Shown here piece after piece: positions 34,800 to 49,245 of a DNA stretch of 64,000 nt. Origin of the DNA: Iphione sp. A-MEVVRFRX5 (lineage: Eukaryota); assembly GCA_976226885.1 (NCBI GenBank), contig OZ320315.1, forward strand, positions 97,278,001 through 97,342,000. The letters run 5' to 3'. The notes under the pieces are model-generated. The model worked only from the letters and a program-made list of their open reading frames with translations, was not told the origin of the DNA and did no database searches. Every line of letters starts with the position of its first letter. Positions within the stretch are counted from its first letter, which is position 1. The position numbers and the translations under genes are program-made.

Positions 34800-36500
34800 T
34801 TCCTGCACTGTATATAGTATTCATTAAGAGTGTCCTTGTCTTTGGTTTTAGATTCTTCAAAATAGGTCAACATAATCTGCTGGTCTGCAGAACTGTAGTA
34901 AATTCACTTATTAGTGCATCAAAGTATGTTAGAATTGAATAGTATTTACTTCTTCCTACAAAGGTTTGTAATTGGTGCTTTAATAATAACTCAGAATAGT
35001 CTGATCTATAGTCACCCTAAGTAATTCTGATAGCTTTCTCCAATTGACCTTCTAATTTCCTGAACAGGGGGCTATCATGACAGTGGATTGATCTGATACC
35101 ATATTCTAGATTAGGTAAGACATTTTAGAACACAAACCGCAGCCTCTATGGTGCTTTGTTTTCGCACATTTCTCAGTAGGTTCAGTAATGTATATGATCT
35201 CTTTATTTTTCTCTTTAGTTCTAACCTCATATCCAGGTGGCGGTCTAGGATAAATCCTAGGTACTTGTACTGGTCCACTGGGGTAAGGTGTGTACCCTTA
35301 ATCAGAATGTCCAATTAAGCTTCTTTAAATTTACTTCTCTTGGTGCAGAATTACATAGTTCTGTAATCATTTAGTACTAAGAACTCTTCATTAAGAGTGT
35401 TTTTTTTATCTCTATGGGGGTTCATTCCTGGGTATAGAATGACAGTATCATCTGCATACATTATGCATTGACATTTCTTGAAGCATTTTATACTGTCATT
35501 TATAAAATGTGTAAACAGTAGGGTGCATAATATACTCCCTTGGGGGACACCTTAACTGAGAGGTGCTGGCTCTGAGTGATTCTCCTGTTTGCCAAATAAT
35601 TCTGGAGCCATAAAACCGTATTGCCAAAGCCCATTTTTCTTTAGATTTCTCAGTAGTATACAGTGTTGAAGAGAGTCAAAAGCTTTGCAATAATCGATGA
35701 ATATGGCACCCAATACATTACCTTCATTTATACCTCTGCTAATATAGTCAAGTACGTAGTCTATGGCTTGTGCTGTACTCTTTCCTTTCCTAAATCCAAA
35801 CTGTAAGTCTGGTAATAGTTTGTGCTGTTTTACAAATTCTGTTATTTGTTCAAAGACTATTTTTTCTACTATTTTGCTTGGAAGGGGTAAGATGCTAATG
35901 GGCCAATATGAGTTTGGATCATTCTTGGACCCCTTCCCTTTGTAAAGTGGGGTGATAGTAGCTACTTTCCAGTTAATGGGAACCTTATTCGACAGAAGGC
36001 TTTTGTTAACTTGGTGAGGATATTGTGGGACCAGAATTGATAATAGATAGATTAGAATTTTCGCATTGCCTCAATGGACCTTCTTTGTGACTATCTCATT
36101 ATCTAGATCGAACATAGAGCTACCAACAGTTCAGAAATGTTTAAAATGCTTGCTATCTTATCTGGTGAATGTGCCGAGCCGTCAGTGGATAACGATATGG
36201 CACTATGAGCCTTCATTTTTCCTAACATATTATTTATTATTCTCCAATATAGTTTGGGATTGATTTTGTTCTTCCAATTGATCTGATAGAAAATCTGATA
36301 TAAATAGATTTATCATTCCATAATCTTTTGTTGATGTCTAGTCTAAGTTGATTTGCTCGTGTGTACATAAATCCTACTTTTTAGGTGGAAGGATATTTTA
36401 TATAACTTGTTTTTTAACTTAATCAAGGAGCTTGTCTGTTTACTTACCCACCATTTGTCGCTGCCTTGGCATTTTGTCCTCTTTAATGGGGATATTTCAT
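34800..36500 (-). mobile_element. Degenerate LINE RT segment, copy D
   Basis: NSYWPISIL, QFGFRKG, GAIFIDYCKAFDSLQH, VPQGSIL and MYADD near 35460; YKYLG in 35111..35314. It has many stops. Confidence 0.85.
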
Positions 36501-36599
36501 TCAATGTGTCTATTCATGGAGCTGTCTGGTAAAGTTTATCAATGAAATGAAACCATATGGAACCATATGGAAGGCGGATATACTCTTTGCTCCCCATAA

Positions 36600-39350
36600 C
36601 CTATATTTATCAACCAGAATGATTATTGGCATGGGATTATCCAGAGTTATACACAGGCAAAGGTTGGGTTTAATTCAAAGCTTGACCTTTTGGCGATAGT
36701 GAGTGGTAGGGATGTTTTCCTGAATCTCGATCTCTTCTTTATTTCCATGTAAGGAGTTATTAACACCTTGTGAAAAATTGACAGGCAATAATACTGGCTT
36801 CTATATTCGAGAGGTAAGATAATCACTGCTGTAATCACCTGTCGCTATTCTCATTGCTTTTAACTGTTGTTTTTCAAGTTTTTTGAATAAGACTGATTTG
36901 TGAGCAAGTATGCATCCAATTCCATAATCTAATATCGGTATGAAAAATGTTTTTTAAGACCTGAACAGCTACATTGTGATCTATCTGCTTCGAGTGTCTA
37001 ATTAAATGCATAATGGGATATGTTTTCTGCAATTTTTGTTTCATTTCATTCTTCATATTTAGATTTTGATCCAAAACTAGGCCTAAATATTTGTACTGCT
37101 GGACATGTTTTATTGTTGTGCCTCCGATGTGTATATTTAGCTGAAATTTACTTTGTCTGTGTCTATTACTAGTGAAAACCATTATCCCATTTGCAGTACA
37201 CCACATATGCAATAAAGTGGCATCTTCCTCTAACCGTGCCGCTATGATGTTTGGGTCAGTGTGTGAGTAGAGTAGGATTGTGTCGTCTGCATACATGACA
37301 CTGTGACTATATTTCAGAACTCTTATACTGTCGTTAATAAATAAGGAGAACAAGAGTGGCCCGGTGATGCTACCCTGGGGGACACCAATAGACAGAGGCA
37401 AGGGGCTTGAGGTGATGTTACCTATTTTTGTCATTATAGTCCTGTTAGATAGATATGATTTGAACCATGATAATTCTGAGGAGAAACCCATCTTACCCAG
37501 TTTTTTAATGAGTACGCGGTGCTGGATGCTGTCGAAAGCCTTTTGGTAGTCTACAAATATAGCCCCTACTATCCTGCCTTCATTAATATGGGTGTGAATA
37601 AAATGAAGGACATTATTCAGGGCATCCATAGTTGATTTTGATTTTCGGAAGCCATACTGATTGTTACAGAGAATATTGTTACTCTCGATCTAATGCATTG
37701 ACTGTAGGCTAGTCGTTCAAGGATTTTTCCGAAGATCGACAAGATACTAATCGGCCTATAGGAATTTGCATTACTTGCATTACAATTTGCATTACTATAT
37801 TCACCTTTACCTTTGTAAAGCGGGGTAATTTTTGCTATTTTCCAACTTTGTGGGATTCTACTAGTACAAAAAATAATGTTTAATAATTTTGTGAAATGCG
37901 GCAAAATTTCCAGTAGGATTGATTTGAGCAATTTGGTGGATTCGATATTTATCCTGTTGGCTTAGAGTTCTTTGGTGAGACAATAGCCTGTTTCACTGTT
38001 TCAGTTGTAACATTATTGAACCTAAATCTCTCGTCAACGTTTTCCACATGTTTGAGAATAATACATGAGTGATGTCATAGGGACAGGAGCCTATTGTGGC
38101 AGAGTGTTTCTTAAATTTGGAAGCAGTATCCTCTAGGGATAATAGTTGTTTGTTTTCTTTTAATATAGGGATAGTTGATTTCTTCTTTAGACCCAAACAG
38201 TGCTTAAGAGTAGTCAAATATTTTTGAGAATCATCAGAATATTCAGCAATCTTTTTGGAGCAATACAGCGACATATCTTCATGTGCATGCAAAGTACACT
38301 TACCTTTAAGGGTTTTCGCTTCATCATACAGCTCCTTAGACTTCTCTGCTATGGCTCTTTTAAATAATCTGTTTTTACGTTGTATCATGACTCTAGTATT
38401 ACTTGATAACGAGGAACGATTGTTATGCAATTGCTTACTGTACTTTTTCTTTCTGACATGTTCAACTGTTTGTTCTAGCATTAATTCCTTCCTGAGTGCG
38501 ATGTAGTCTGAATCATTACTATGGTCCAATAACTCCGCAAGCTTAGGGTTAATGTCAGTTATGAGAACAGAGTGTAATGTCTCATCCTGCAAGGGAGACT
38601 ATGGTCGATACATGAAAGAACTATTACAGGAGGCGATTTTTGTCATAGGAAGATTAATAGTCATGGCATAATGATCACTGATATATAATTTTGATACAGT
38701 AGTACTACTATTAGAAATTTCTGTGGTTAAGATTAGGTCTATGCACATAGATGTGCTGGAAGTACATCTTGTTGGCTCAGCGACTGTTTGGAACAATTTG
38801 TGATAACAGCAGAGATGTTTTAGCTTCATCACATTTGGATGAGAGAAATCTAAGTAATCAATATTATAATCTCCTGTTATCACTATACGGTCATTCTTTC
38901 GGTTAATTGATTCGATTGCATTATCCAGGGATTATCTTTGGGATTAATGTCGGGTCGTCAATGGTCATAAGTTCGTTCGCTAGGTCATTTCGTCCAGTAG
39001 TGAGTGCTTTGCTCGACTGAGTTATATTCAACTCCATTATGTTCAAATGAGTGTCGATACATGTTAGACAATGGGTGTTTTTTTCCGAAGAAGCTAATAC
39101 TTGCGTCTGTGCACTTCTCTGATGCCCTCTCCAAGGATAGCCCTTCAGGGAGTCGGTGCAGGGTGTTAGAGTGTATACATATTACCATTGATCGAAAGTC
39201 TGTTACCCTCCAATTTCGTATTGTAGTTGAGCTCCTTAGCCAAATGAAACACACTACGTAACTCCCCCCTTCCTACACGGTCTGATTGCGGCAGGTCCTG
39301 GTTGATCCAGACCCCACGTAGGGTTTTTAGATTTGCGCGACCTGCTAAGA
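36600..39350 (-). mobile_element. LINE copy C: ORF1/NADAR remnant deleted into APE, then linker and RT
   Basis: RILAGRANLKTLRGVWINQDL near 39340; FFGKKHPLSNMY...YNSVEQ (NADAR start, 38985..39254); ITGDYNID...SDH (38599..38883); GAIFVDYQKAFD, VPQGS and YADD (36874..37629). Confidence 0.9.
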
Positions 39351-42329
39351 TCCTGGATGAATCAGAAATCAGAAACTTTTATTCACAAGCTCAATGGGCA
39401 TTTGCCTGAGGCCTTACAGTGAACATCGGTTTGAACAGCAAATATGATAAGAAAGATATAAGTGTACATAATAATGAAAAATTTAGTTGAATAAGGTAAA
39501 TATGAGAAATAAGGTAATATAATAGTTTGTATACAAGTACTGCATTAGTCAGTTGAGTAATCTTGTTCATCATTATACATTCGTAAGCTTCTTTATGCAT
39601 TGTCGGAATGATCCCATCTCTGCGGTATGTTTAACGCTTTGTTCCAGGCTGTTCCAGGCTGTCGCCCCTTTATAAATAAAACTATTCCTCATTAAGGACT
39701 TCTTTGGTTTTGCTAATTTCAGGCAGGGTCCAGTTCTAGTATTCCTAGTTATTTTTGGTGTCAGTTCCTTCACCATCACTAATCTGTGAATCAAGCAAAT
39801 CATTTTTGTATTAGCAATTTCATCCAGTGTTGGCAGTTTTATACGATTGCATAACGATATTGCTGATACTGTAAAACTTCTGAAGTTCCCAATCAATACC
39901 CGCTTTAGTGCATTATTGAAGTCTATCTGAAGTTCCACTTTCAGCCTTTTTGAGGCTCCCTGAATGAAAATTAAACCATACAGGAACACCGTATAGATAA
40001 AAGATTTAAACAAGTGTTCACAAGTCTTAAAGGGAAGTTGCCAAGTTATTCTTGCTAGAGTATAACTGCGAGCCCTTGCTCTTTTCCTCATCAATGTGTT
40101 ACCCTAGAAAGGATGCACACTGGACCTGACGTATTTTCTGATTTTCCAGAGTTAATTCTAGGTCAAATTCCATTGATTTGCCAAATGCCAAGCATTCTGA
40201 TGGTTATGTCGTCGGCGTACATTATACACTGTGTTACTAACAAGCAATTTGGAATATCATTAACCATTACTGAAAATAATAGGGGCCCCAGGACACTTCT
40301 CTGGGGTACCCCATATCGTACTGTGATTGCTTTAGAAATTTGGTTATTACATTTAACAAATTGTTTTCTATTGGATAAATACAATCTCAAAAGCGCTAGT
40401 CTTGATGAACCTATCGATAATATCGATTTTCTCAATAATAATTCATGATTAATTACATCGAAAGCTTTCGACATATCCACCAGCACTGCCGTGAAACGAG
40501 CATTCTGGTCGGTCGCTTCATACGCATTCTTGAGGAACATCGATATTGCTGTCTCAGTGCCTTTTCCCTCTACAAATCTGTGCTGACACTTTGTTAAAGA
40601 GTTATTGCCTGCAAATAGACTAGTAAGTTGGTTAAATAATAATCTTTCATAAATTTTCCCTATTGCCGATAGGATGGCGACCGGCCTGTAATTTTGTGGA
40701 TCATATCTAGAACCCTTTTTAAAGATAGGACAAATACGGACCACTTTCCATCTATCTGGAAAGTAATGCCTAGAGATACATTCATTAAGCAAGTTACATA
40801 AGAGTTCTCTGGTTGCCATCAAAGCATCTTTTAATACTGTCATAGGTAGACCCTCGATTCCGCTCGGTTTACTAATTTTAATTGCTTTATTTCAGTTATT
40901 ACTTCTATGAGTGTTATTTGACGAAACTCACCTGCAATAGAGGTAGTACTATTGTCATCGGGGGCCTTTGATACCATATTGCCAGCATTAACAACATTTT
41001 TGACCGATTCTATGAAGTAGTCATTTAGTACACCAGCTACTTCTTCATTTTGGACTCTTAAATCATTTCTTTTAAGACAAATTGTTGCATTAGTAGTTCG
41101 TTTACCTAGGCAGTCATTAATGACTTTCCAATATGACTGAGGAGACGAGCAATTATGGAGCCGTCTATTCCAATATGATTTCTTTGCCTTTCGAATTTTT
41201 TTTCTGACAAGCCACTTGTAAAAATTACAAATCTGGAGATCATCAATATTACCAGACTGTCTAAAGTTTCGTAGAAAATAGTCCCGATTAGCCATACACT
41301 CCCTAATTTCAGCGTTCATCCATGGTCTTTTATCAGTACTACGAAAAGGTGTTAATGGACAGAGTTTTTTAGCTGCTGATTTCATTTTATTCTCCATTAA
41401 TTCAATCTTCTTGTCTATGGACATCATTTCATAGATATTGCTTTCAGTCACTGACAGTTCCATATATTCTGCTAAGGCAAATGGATTGTACACTCTCCAA
41501 TCATACCTAAGTTTAGTTTCCTTATTAAGGTTACGTTCATACTTTTTATTTATAAAGAAAACTGGGGTATGATCACTTATTGCTGTAGTCAATGTGCCAG
41601 ACTTTGTAATGTACCACATGTTGGTAAATATTAAGTCTAGACATCTTTTACTCGTCTTATGGATTAAAGTTGGTTCCGAAATCAGCTGAAACAGGCGATT
41701 ATTTGACATAAATTGATCTAAACTGTCTTTTGCATTGGTTGATTTTAGCCAATCTATGTTCAAATCACCTCCAATTATTATTTCTAATCTTTTCCTATTG
41801 CTTACCTCACTCAGCACATCCTTTAGATAGTCAAGTAGTTGTAATGTTGAGGAGTTTGGTGGTCTATAGATTAGTGATAATAACATTTCCCTTCGATTTG
41901 TCTGTTTTAGTGTTAACCAGATTGCTTCAACTGTTTCATTACATATGTTCCATTTTTCTTGCTCAACAACATCAATATCATCTCTGACATAACACAAAAG
42001 ACCCCCGCCCACAGTTTTACTTAATAAGTTTCTGTCTTGTCTATATACTCTATAGCCAGATTTATTGAGAAATGAATCAGTTACTGACGTTTTTAACCAT
42101 GTTTCCGTTAAAGCGAGTATAATCGGGTTATGTATCAGAAGATCATTTCAGAGATTTTTCCAACCAGGCTTCTTACATTATGAAAAACAAATTACTGGCC
42201 CTTAGACCCAGTCAGCAAGTTAGTAATGTTAGTATAAGACATAATAATGTCCCCCAACATACCTGCTTCAATTACAAAACACTATCGCAGGTTTAAGTTT
42301 TTGGTAATGGCAACTTTCAGTTGTCTTAT

Positions 42330-42895
42330 CCACTCATACTTTACAACATCAGTCAAGTGACATCCGTCAGTGAATCCAGCATATCGATTTAGTCATTTGC
42401 CTTTCTTCATGCAGTGTATAGGGCACATGGTGTTAGGGGTGAAATAGCCTTAGCCCTTGTTGTAATTTTTCAAATGGGCGTACACACTCCAATAATGGAG
42501 TTGAGGAGTTTTTGTTGTGTTTGGGTATATGTCTGCGGCGAATATGATTGCCAGTCTATCCCCACTATCGGTGATAGAACTAGCTTGGTCGTAGTTTTCC
42601 TTTGAATTCTCTTAAGCATAGTCAACAATGCTAAATATCGCAGAGAGACTTCAGCTTCAATATGTCTCAACGTAACTACGCCATGCGAGCGCTGAGTGAT
42701 ATCGCACAGGCCCATTAAAATTATGACAAGATCATAATTACTCACCCACAATTGACGTAGATAAGAGAATAACCCACGATATTGCAGCCCTGGTACACTG
42801 ATAATGTTAAGCACAATGCCCTCAATCGGGTCATCATCATAACACTCCTTCAAACCACGTCCTCTGGAGTCAGCGAGTATAAGCACTCTCGACAT
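42330..42895 (-). pseudogene. SGNH hydrolase ORF of LINE copy B
   Basis: MSRVLILADSRG...VPGL...LVIILMGLCDIT; TDGCHL occurs downstream near 42370 after a frameshift. Confidence 0.82.
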
Positions 42896-43184
42896 AGCTG
42901 CAATTCTAATAAGTTATAAGATTAATACAGTCCAGCCTGTAACAATCTAAATTGCATCTATATCTTAGAGAGTTGTCAATGCAACTTCATATAGTAACAA
43001 TGCAATACAAAAAGCTGAGAATGGTCCCACTAAGTTTGACACACACAGTACTTCAGTCAAGTTGCCAACTAGGCTGGGGGAATTCAATTCACAGGCGGCA
43101 ACGATCTATCACTGGAAACAAAAAGAAAGTCAGTATTCATACATGCTTCAGCAGTATGTCCTGGTGAATAAACGTTACATTTAC

Positions 43185-43620
43185 TCACTCTGTTAGAGTG
43201 GCACGAACTGTTTTCAATACCTTTCCTAGGGTGTTTTTCCCAGGCCACGTTGCGTCCTTCAGCTTGTCATTAGCAATGCCACACCCTGTACCTAAATAGT
43301 CATCAAAAGTAGCCTCAACTAAACGTTTTTGCTTTGTTTCCAACAACATGGAACGTAACATTGTACTCTGCCTAACTTTGACTGAAATATGACCTGCAAC
43401 TCACCTTCAGAGTTTTTCTCCCACTGCTCACAAGTGACAATATTATTGCCAAGGTTCCATGCAGACATACCGTCAGAAACAAACTGAATCTGTTCAGCCA
43501 AGTCGTCCTGCTCATGGGCTAAAGCTTTGGTAGTCTGGTATGCCTGCTCTACTGAAATGAATTGACGTCCTGCATGGTGAAAAGGTTCCTCAAACAGGCT
43601 AGACAATGGGTGGCATGGAC
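43185..43620 (-). pseudogene. NADAR domain at the end of ORF1, LINE copy B
   Basis: SSLFEEPF...FISVEQAYQTTKA...; the next frame reads LLETKQKRLVEATFDDYLGTG...WPGKNTLGKVLKTVRATL*. Confidence 0.85.
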
Positions 43621-45315
43621 CTCAGTATGCATACAACTCCTCAGTTTCAAAGGAGTAAGCCTTTTCTACACTGAGTTCTTCTGGTAGGTCTCCTTACTCA
43701 TACGGGAGGTATGTCTGACTGTCCACCCTGAGCACTATTCCTCAAACTGACGCTTTGTGGCCAGATCTACGTGCGTGACCTGCAACCGCGTGTAACTTTC
43801 GGTGAGTTGCCTGGGCATCCAATGGGATGTCCTCTCGTAATAGGACCTTGTCCCAACGTTTGGTGCCCTTCAGACTCAATCTATTTTTGTATATCAAATC
43901 GCGTGTTGCCACCGTCAAAAAACTGACCAACACCGGTCTGGTACCTTTGCTATTTTTAGTGCCGTCCACTGGTTTGTTACCTAGCCTCCGAGCCAATACA
44001 ATGTCCTTGCTACTAACTTTGTCATTACATTGCATACAGATTTTCTTACATTCTTTCGCAATATTTTCTCCCTTGGATTCTCTCAAGCCTTCAATACCAA
44101 ATTTGCTCTTCTCCCTTTTTTGTCATTTTCCATCAGTGAATATTTTATCTCCTCAATCGAGCCTTCCATAAGGCCAATGTTGGAGACAGCCTCGCTTATT
44201 TTCAAACTAGTGCTTGCTACTCCTTTCCGAACTTCATGTACACCCGATTTGCTATTGTCGCATTGCATTTCAACTCAAGGTTATGTTGCTTGTTTAAGAC
44301 TAATTTTATATCAGACTGTATCACCGTAACTTTGGCATGCAGCTCATCAAGCCGGGCACAACGACCCTCTAAAGATATTATTTTCTCAATCATAATATCA
44401 AGCAAGGCTGGTGTTGGCAACTCACCTTTTTCCGTCAGTTCGGACAGGTTGATCTGACTATAAATAGTGGCATCACCAGAATCACTAACAGCTGGAGCAG
44501 TAGTCCACACCTCCACTGGTTCCGTAGGCTCTCCCGAGACAATACCTGAAGTCAAGGCACCTGTCATGGCCACCCTGCTTGCCCCGCTTGCCTGAGCCTG
44601 ACCCTCCGCAATCTTTTCACTCTTCCTCAATATATCCGAAGATGTCGGTCCCATCGATGCTTTGAGGATGGTTGGGGTACTACTACCCCTTCGTTTAGAT
44701 GCTCTAGAAGACATCTTAACTATTATTTCTTCAATTTCGAGCAGGAACGAGGGGACAGAACCGTCTACACACGTCTTACCATGCCAACCGCTAGCAAGTA
44801 TCTAGTATTTTGTTTTACAAATTTTACTTTGATTTTTTTAAATTTTTTTTTATAGTCTTTATTTATCCTGATACTAATATACATTACGTACGAATTCTCA
44901 GGTACAGTCTGGATCATGATTCGCTTAGCATATTTACAGGGTAGGGATATGGTACAATATTTACATCATGATGTAAGAAACATATACAATTTGTACAGTG
45001 ATGGACTAGTGATGTATGATATGTGAGGTTATGGAAGACTGATGATGATTGATGGGACCAGGTCTAGGTTTTAACTCTTGAATGATATGTCTTCTTGAGA
45101 TCTTTGTAAGTATTATCACCATACCCGCGCGCCTGAAAGAAGATGGCATCCGGACTACGCCCATGACGCCATACTTCCTTGCTTAGAGACATAGATTGTT
45201 AGACTACGCCCAAACGATCTATGGACTAACTTGTGTTACCTGTGATGTATTCCTTGGATCACGCTGTATAGACCACGCCCGATACAGCAATGTTCATATT
45301 TGACAGCAGGGGAGA

Positions 45316-48104
45316 TTAATTTGTGTAGAGTTTCTTTCTACAGAACTGCTTGAATTTATCATTGTCTAGAGTCAGTGTATTTAACGGGATGTTATTCCAC
45401 AGTTTACCACCTACATAGCTAATACTTCGTTTGAATGATTCAAGATTTGGTCTCTCCAGACTGAATTTCGGTTTTCGGTCTGCCCTAGTCCTAGCATTGA
45501 TGTTTGCTTCAGTTTCACCATTTCTATGTCGATGGTGCATTAATAGCAGGATTTTAAGATCCCTTCTTTTACTTAATGGTGGTAAGTTGCATAACTCCCG
45601 GGCTTCAATAGAGGATATTCTTACAGTTCTTACACTTCTTAAGACCCTATGATACATTCTTTCCAATCGCTTGAAATTGCTGGAGTTGTTGTCTGTGTGG
45701 AGTATGAGACCGTATTCTAGGATTGGTATTATTAAACTTTTTACAAGGAGAATTCTATCCTGAAGTTTTAGATTGCTTCGAATTTTCTTAAAATAGAACA
45801 ATTTGTGGCCTACATTACTCATTATAGAAGAAATTTGCTTTTCTAGCGACAGGGTATTGTCTATCAGGACACCCAAATATTTATACACCTGTACGTTTTC
45901 CAACACCATTCGATTGAATTTTACCTTTGGTTGATCACGTAAAGGATATCGATATCTGTACCATATTGTCTTACACTTTGCAACATTTATCATGATCTTA
46001 TATTTATTAACCCACTTTGCGATTTTGTCTACATCCATTTGTAATTTCTTAATGGTGCCCTCGGTATCCGGTCCTGAAGTGGTTATGACCATGTCATCAG
46101 TGTATAGTATTGCTTTGGAATTTTTACAGATTGTAACTATGGGATTTATAAATACAGTCAACAATAGCGGCCCGAGAATAGACCCTTGTGGGACTCCGCA
46201 CGTTATGTCCGCTGTCCTTGACAATGAACTATTGGCATTAGTCTGTTGTGTGCGACCGGTTAGGTAGTTTGTAAACCAAGGTAAGTTACGGACGACTCCC
46301 AGTTTATGCAACTGCTCACATATGGCCTGGTGATTGATTGAATCAAATGCTTTTTGAAAATCGAAGAAGACACTTGCTACCTTAAGTCATTGGTTTAATC
46401 CCGAGTGAACTATGTCCGTTAATTTTGCGATGGCCATTTCTGTACTCAGCCCTTTACGAAACCCAAATTGGCAATTACTTATGAGATTGCGTGATTCAAG
46501 GTATTTATATAATCGTCTATGTACAATGCGCTCTAGGACTTTTGATGGCATCGGAAGTACACTGATAGGTCTATAATTACCTACTTTCATTTTTCTCCGC
46601 CCTTAAACAGTGGTGTTATTACCGCCTTTTTCCAAGTTGCAGGTATCGTATTTGTCATAAGCGACATATTAATTACATGTAGAAATTGAGGCAGCATATG
46701 ATATAGAACTAATTTCAACAATTTAGTTGGTATCCCCTTTAGACCAGATGGCTTATCATCCTTCTGAGAATGTATTACTTCCTAGAGTTCAATACAGTCA
46801 ACAGGTTTCAACTCGAATTTATTCACTGTTACTGGCATATCTGGTGCATAATCCCCCAGGTCGCTTGCAATTTCCTTGCCAATATTGCTAAAGTAGTTAT
46901 TAATAGTATCTGATACATTATCTGTTATTATTTCTGATTCATCTTCTTTTAATTGAATGATATTTTTAGAGTTACGATCCAGGCCTAAGTAGCCCTTCAT
47001 TTTGGTCCAGAATTTAGCAGGTACATCCCTTGTACGGTCTAGTTCTGATTTAATGTAAGATTTCTTTTTCTGGTGGATAAGCCTCCTTGTTTCTATCCTA
47101 GCCCGTCTGGCTGATTCCAATTTCACCTTATCATTGTCCCTGTGTGCCTTTCTAAATAATCGATTTCTATTTCTGATACTTTCGATGACCTCCCCATCTA
47201 CCCAGGGTTTTGACAACGGACGTACTACTCTCACAACCTTGTTTTGTGTTAGTTCTGCAAACAACCATAAGATTACTCGCAAAAGTCTAGCCCAAAGTGT
47301 GTCTACGTCATCTATTGTCCAAAACGCACCCCAGTCGTAGGTTGCCATCTTATGCCTTATATTATCTGACGTCATTTGTGAGTGGTCAAGTCTTTCTTTA
47401 GGTTGAGTTTTCTGTTTGCAGTCGGATTCCCATTGCCATTGAAATGTCACGTAGGTGGCTAAATGATCACTTAAATACTCCCGCATGACCCCACCGGTGG
47501 CTGTTTTGCTAGTTGTATAAATATGGTCAATGATACTACATTTACTTTCGGATATGCAAGTGGGTACATTTATCAATTGTCGTAAGCCCTCCATTAGCCA
47601 CCAGTCATTTAGATTTCTCCTTACACTATTCGGCATGTTCAAGTCTATGTTCATATCACCTAGGATGTACACTCTGTCCTTACAATGAAGGCTACTCAGG
47701 TCTTTTGAGAGCATGTCTAGTGCGACTTGTACCTTACCATACGGGGGCCAGTAAAGGCCACAAATATAGGCACTATTCCCGGCTTTGCTAGTGACTTTCA
47801 GCCATAATTTCTCCACGTGTCTGTTACCACCTGCCATACCTGGTATTTCAGTGCACACGAGGTTATCTTTTATATAGATTATTATTTCTCCTCCTCCTTT
47901 TTTACCCCCGAGTGATACCTTTCTATCTTGCCTAAATACCTGATAACCGGTTAGCTGTGTCGCAGCTGTTGGTATTGCCGGTGTCAGCCATGTCTCAGTC
48001 ACTATTACTATATCTGTTTTCCATGCTGGCAGCCTTTTTTTAAGTTCGTCTATTTTACCCAGTAGACTGCGGATATTTAGATGTACAATTTTTAAGATCC
48101 CCAT
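45316..48104 (-). pseudogene. ORF2 (APE endonuclease + RT) of LINE copy A, with a few frameshifts
   Basis: HLNIRSL, VTETWL, GDMNID, IIDH, SDH; NYRPIS, QFGFR; GVPQGSILGP, YTDD, YKYLG. Confidence 0.95.
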
Positions 48105-48599
48105 ATAACTTTGTACAAAATTAAACTAGTTCCCAAGGCCTGGTAATGTTTCATGCTAGTAGAATAACGGATATGAGCAGTTATGAATACGGATACTATG
48201 TATTTCAGGGAATGATTCATATGTACATATTTATACACTTGATTGGACATATATATACAGGTTGTTTGATCAAATGCTGGCGAAATAGTCATGAGGTACG
48301 ATTGTCATGCATGCTTAATGGTGTTAGTGACCACCAGTAGCCTAAGTCTACATACACACACAGTTAGTTGATATGTTTATTAGTTAGAGAAAGTGAAATA
48401 TATTGAGTATGAGGGTACTTATCAGCTCAAGTTGCACTTCCTTGGCGCCTGTCTCAGCCAGACCACACCCCTGCTGAGTTCATAGTGTGTCACACCATAA
48501 ATAAGTATGGGTGGGCACGATATTCTCTGTGCAGCTAGACTACACCCAAGCCGCTTTCATCATGGTCATGGGTAGATCCATGTTATGTTAGAGTCCTTT

Positions 48600-49238
48600 T
48601 ATCGGCGATCATACCAGCTCTTGATCTTCTTTGCCATTTCCACTACAGTAGCATTATTTGGGTGACATCCGTCAAATAACTATCCATAGTGGAACCTCCT
48701 CTTGCCTTTGTGAAACAACTGTATTATCCTTGACATCCAGATTGTATGTTCGCCGCTAGCCCGATTCACCTTCACAATAGACTCATTTAACAGACTTACC
48801 AGGCTCTAGTTGTTGACAGTTCTTATAATCGTTGGGGTTTTTATACACCCGATTCTGCCAAAAATTGTACGCAATCAGGTCTAGTCCATATACAGAGCTG
48901 AAGATAATCCTGGCATTTGGAAACAAATCCTTTAGTGCATCTCGAGTCAAGTGTATTTCCGTTTCTAGAGCCGGTGCTCCCTCCTCGACACTAGAATACT
49001 GTGGGATGATCCACCGCTTCCCCTCATGGTAGACGATTTTCGTTATGTTGTTAATTCCTGCCATGATGATAAGTGTACTGTGAGATGATTCAAAAGCCAA
49101 ATCACGTGCATATATGCGGAGGCGCCTCAAGTCAGCTCCAGGTATGTAATGCACCGAAGATGGTATGTGTTGTGCATTCAACTTGCGCTGTAGGTACCGT
49201 CCTCTGCTGTCAGCCAAGATCGTTATACTGCCTGCCAT
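48600..49238 (-). pseudogene. SGNH hydrolase ORF of LINE copy A
   Basis: MAGSITILADSRG...IPGADL...IMAGINNIT (48783..49238); LFDGCHP near 48680-48660. The ATG lies 7 nt after the ORF1 stop. Confidence 0.85.
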
Positions 49239-49245
49239 TCTTTCT

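Larger units (their letters stand above)
39360..44770 (-). mobile_element. Near full-length three-ORF LINE, copy B (ORF1-NADAR, SGNH, APE-RT), with AATAAA + (TTCTGAT)n tail
   Basis: ORF1 pieces 44217..44714, 44083..44268, 43742..44086; NADAR 43620-43185; SGNH 42470..42895; APE 40840..42200; RT 40163..40843; C-terminal region 39573..40094. AATAAA at 39383-39378. Confidence 0.92.

Noticed and set aside
42898-43188. Splicing that fuses NADAR in frame to SGNH in LINE B
   Set aside because: The donor is phase 2 and the acceptor needs phase 1. The product is out of frame and stops after 9 codons, so it was retained only as a possible overlap/coupling arrangement.
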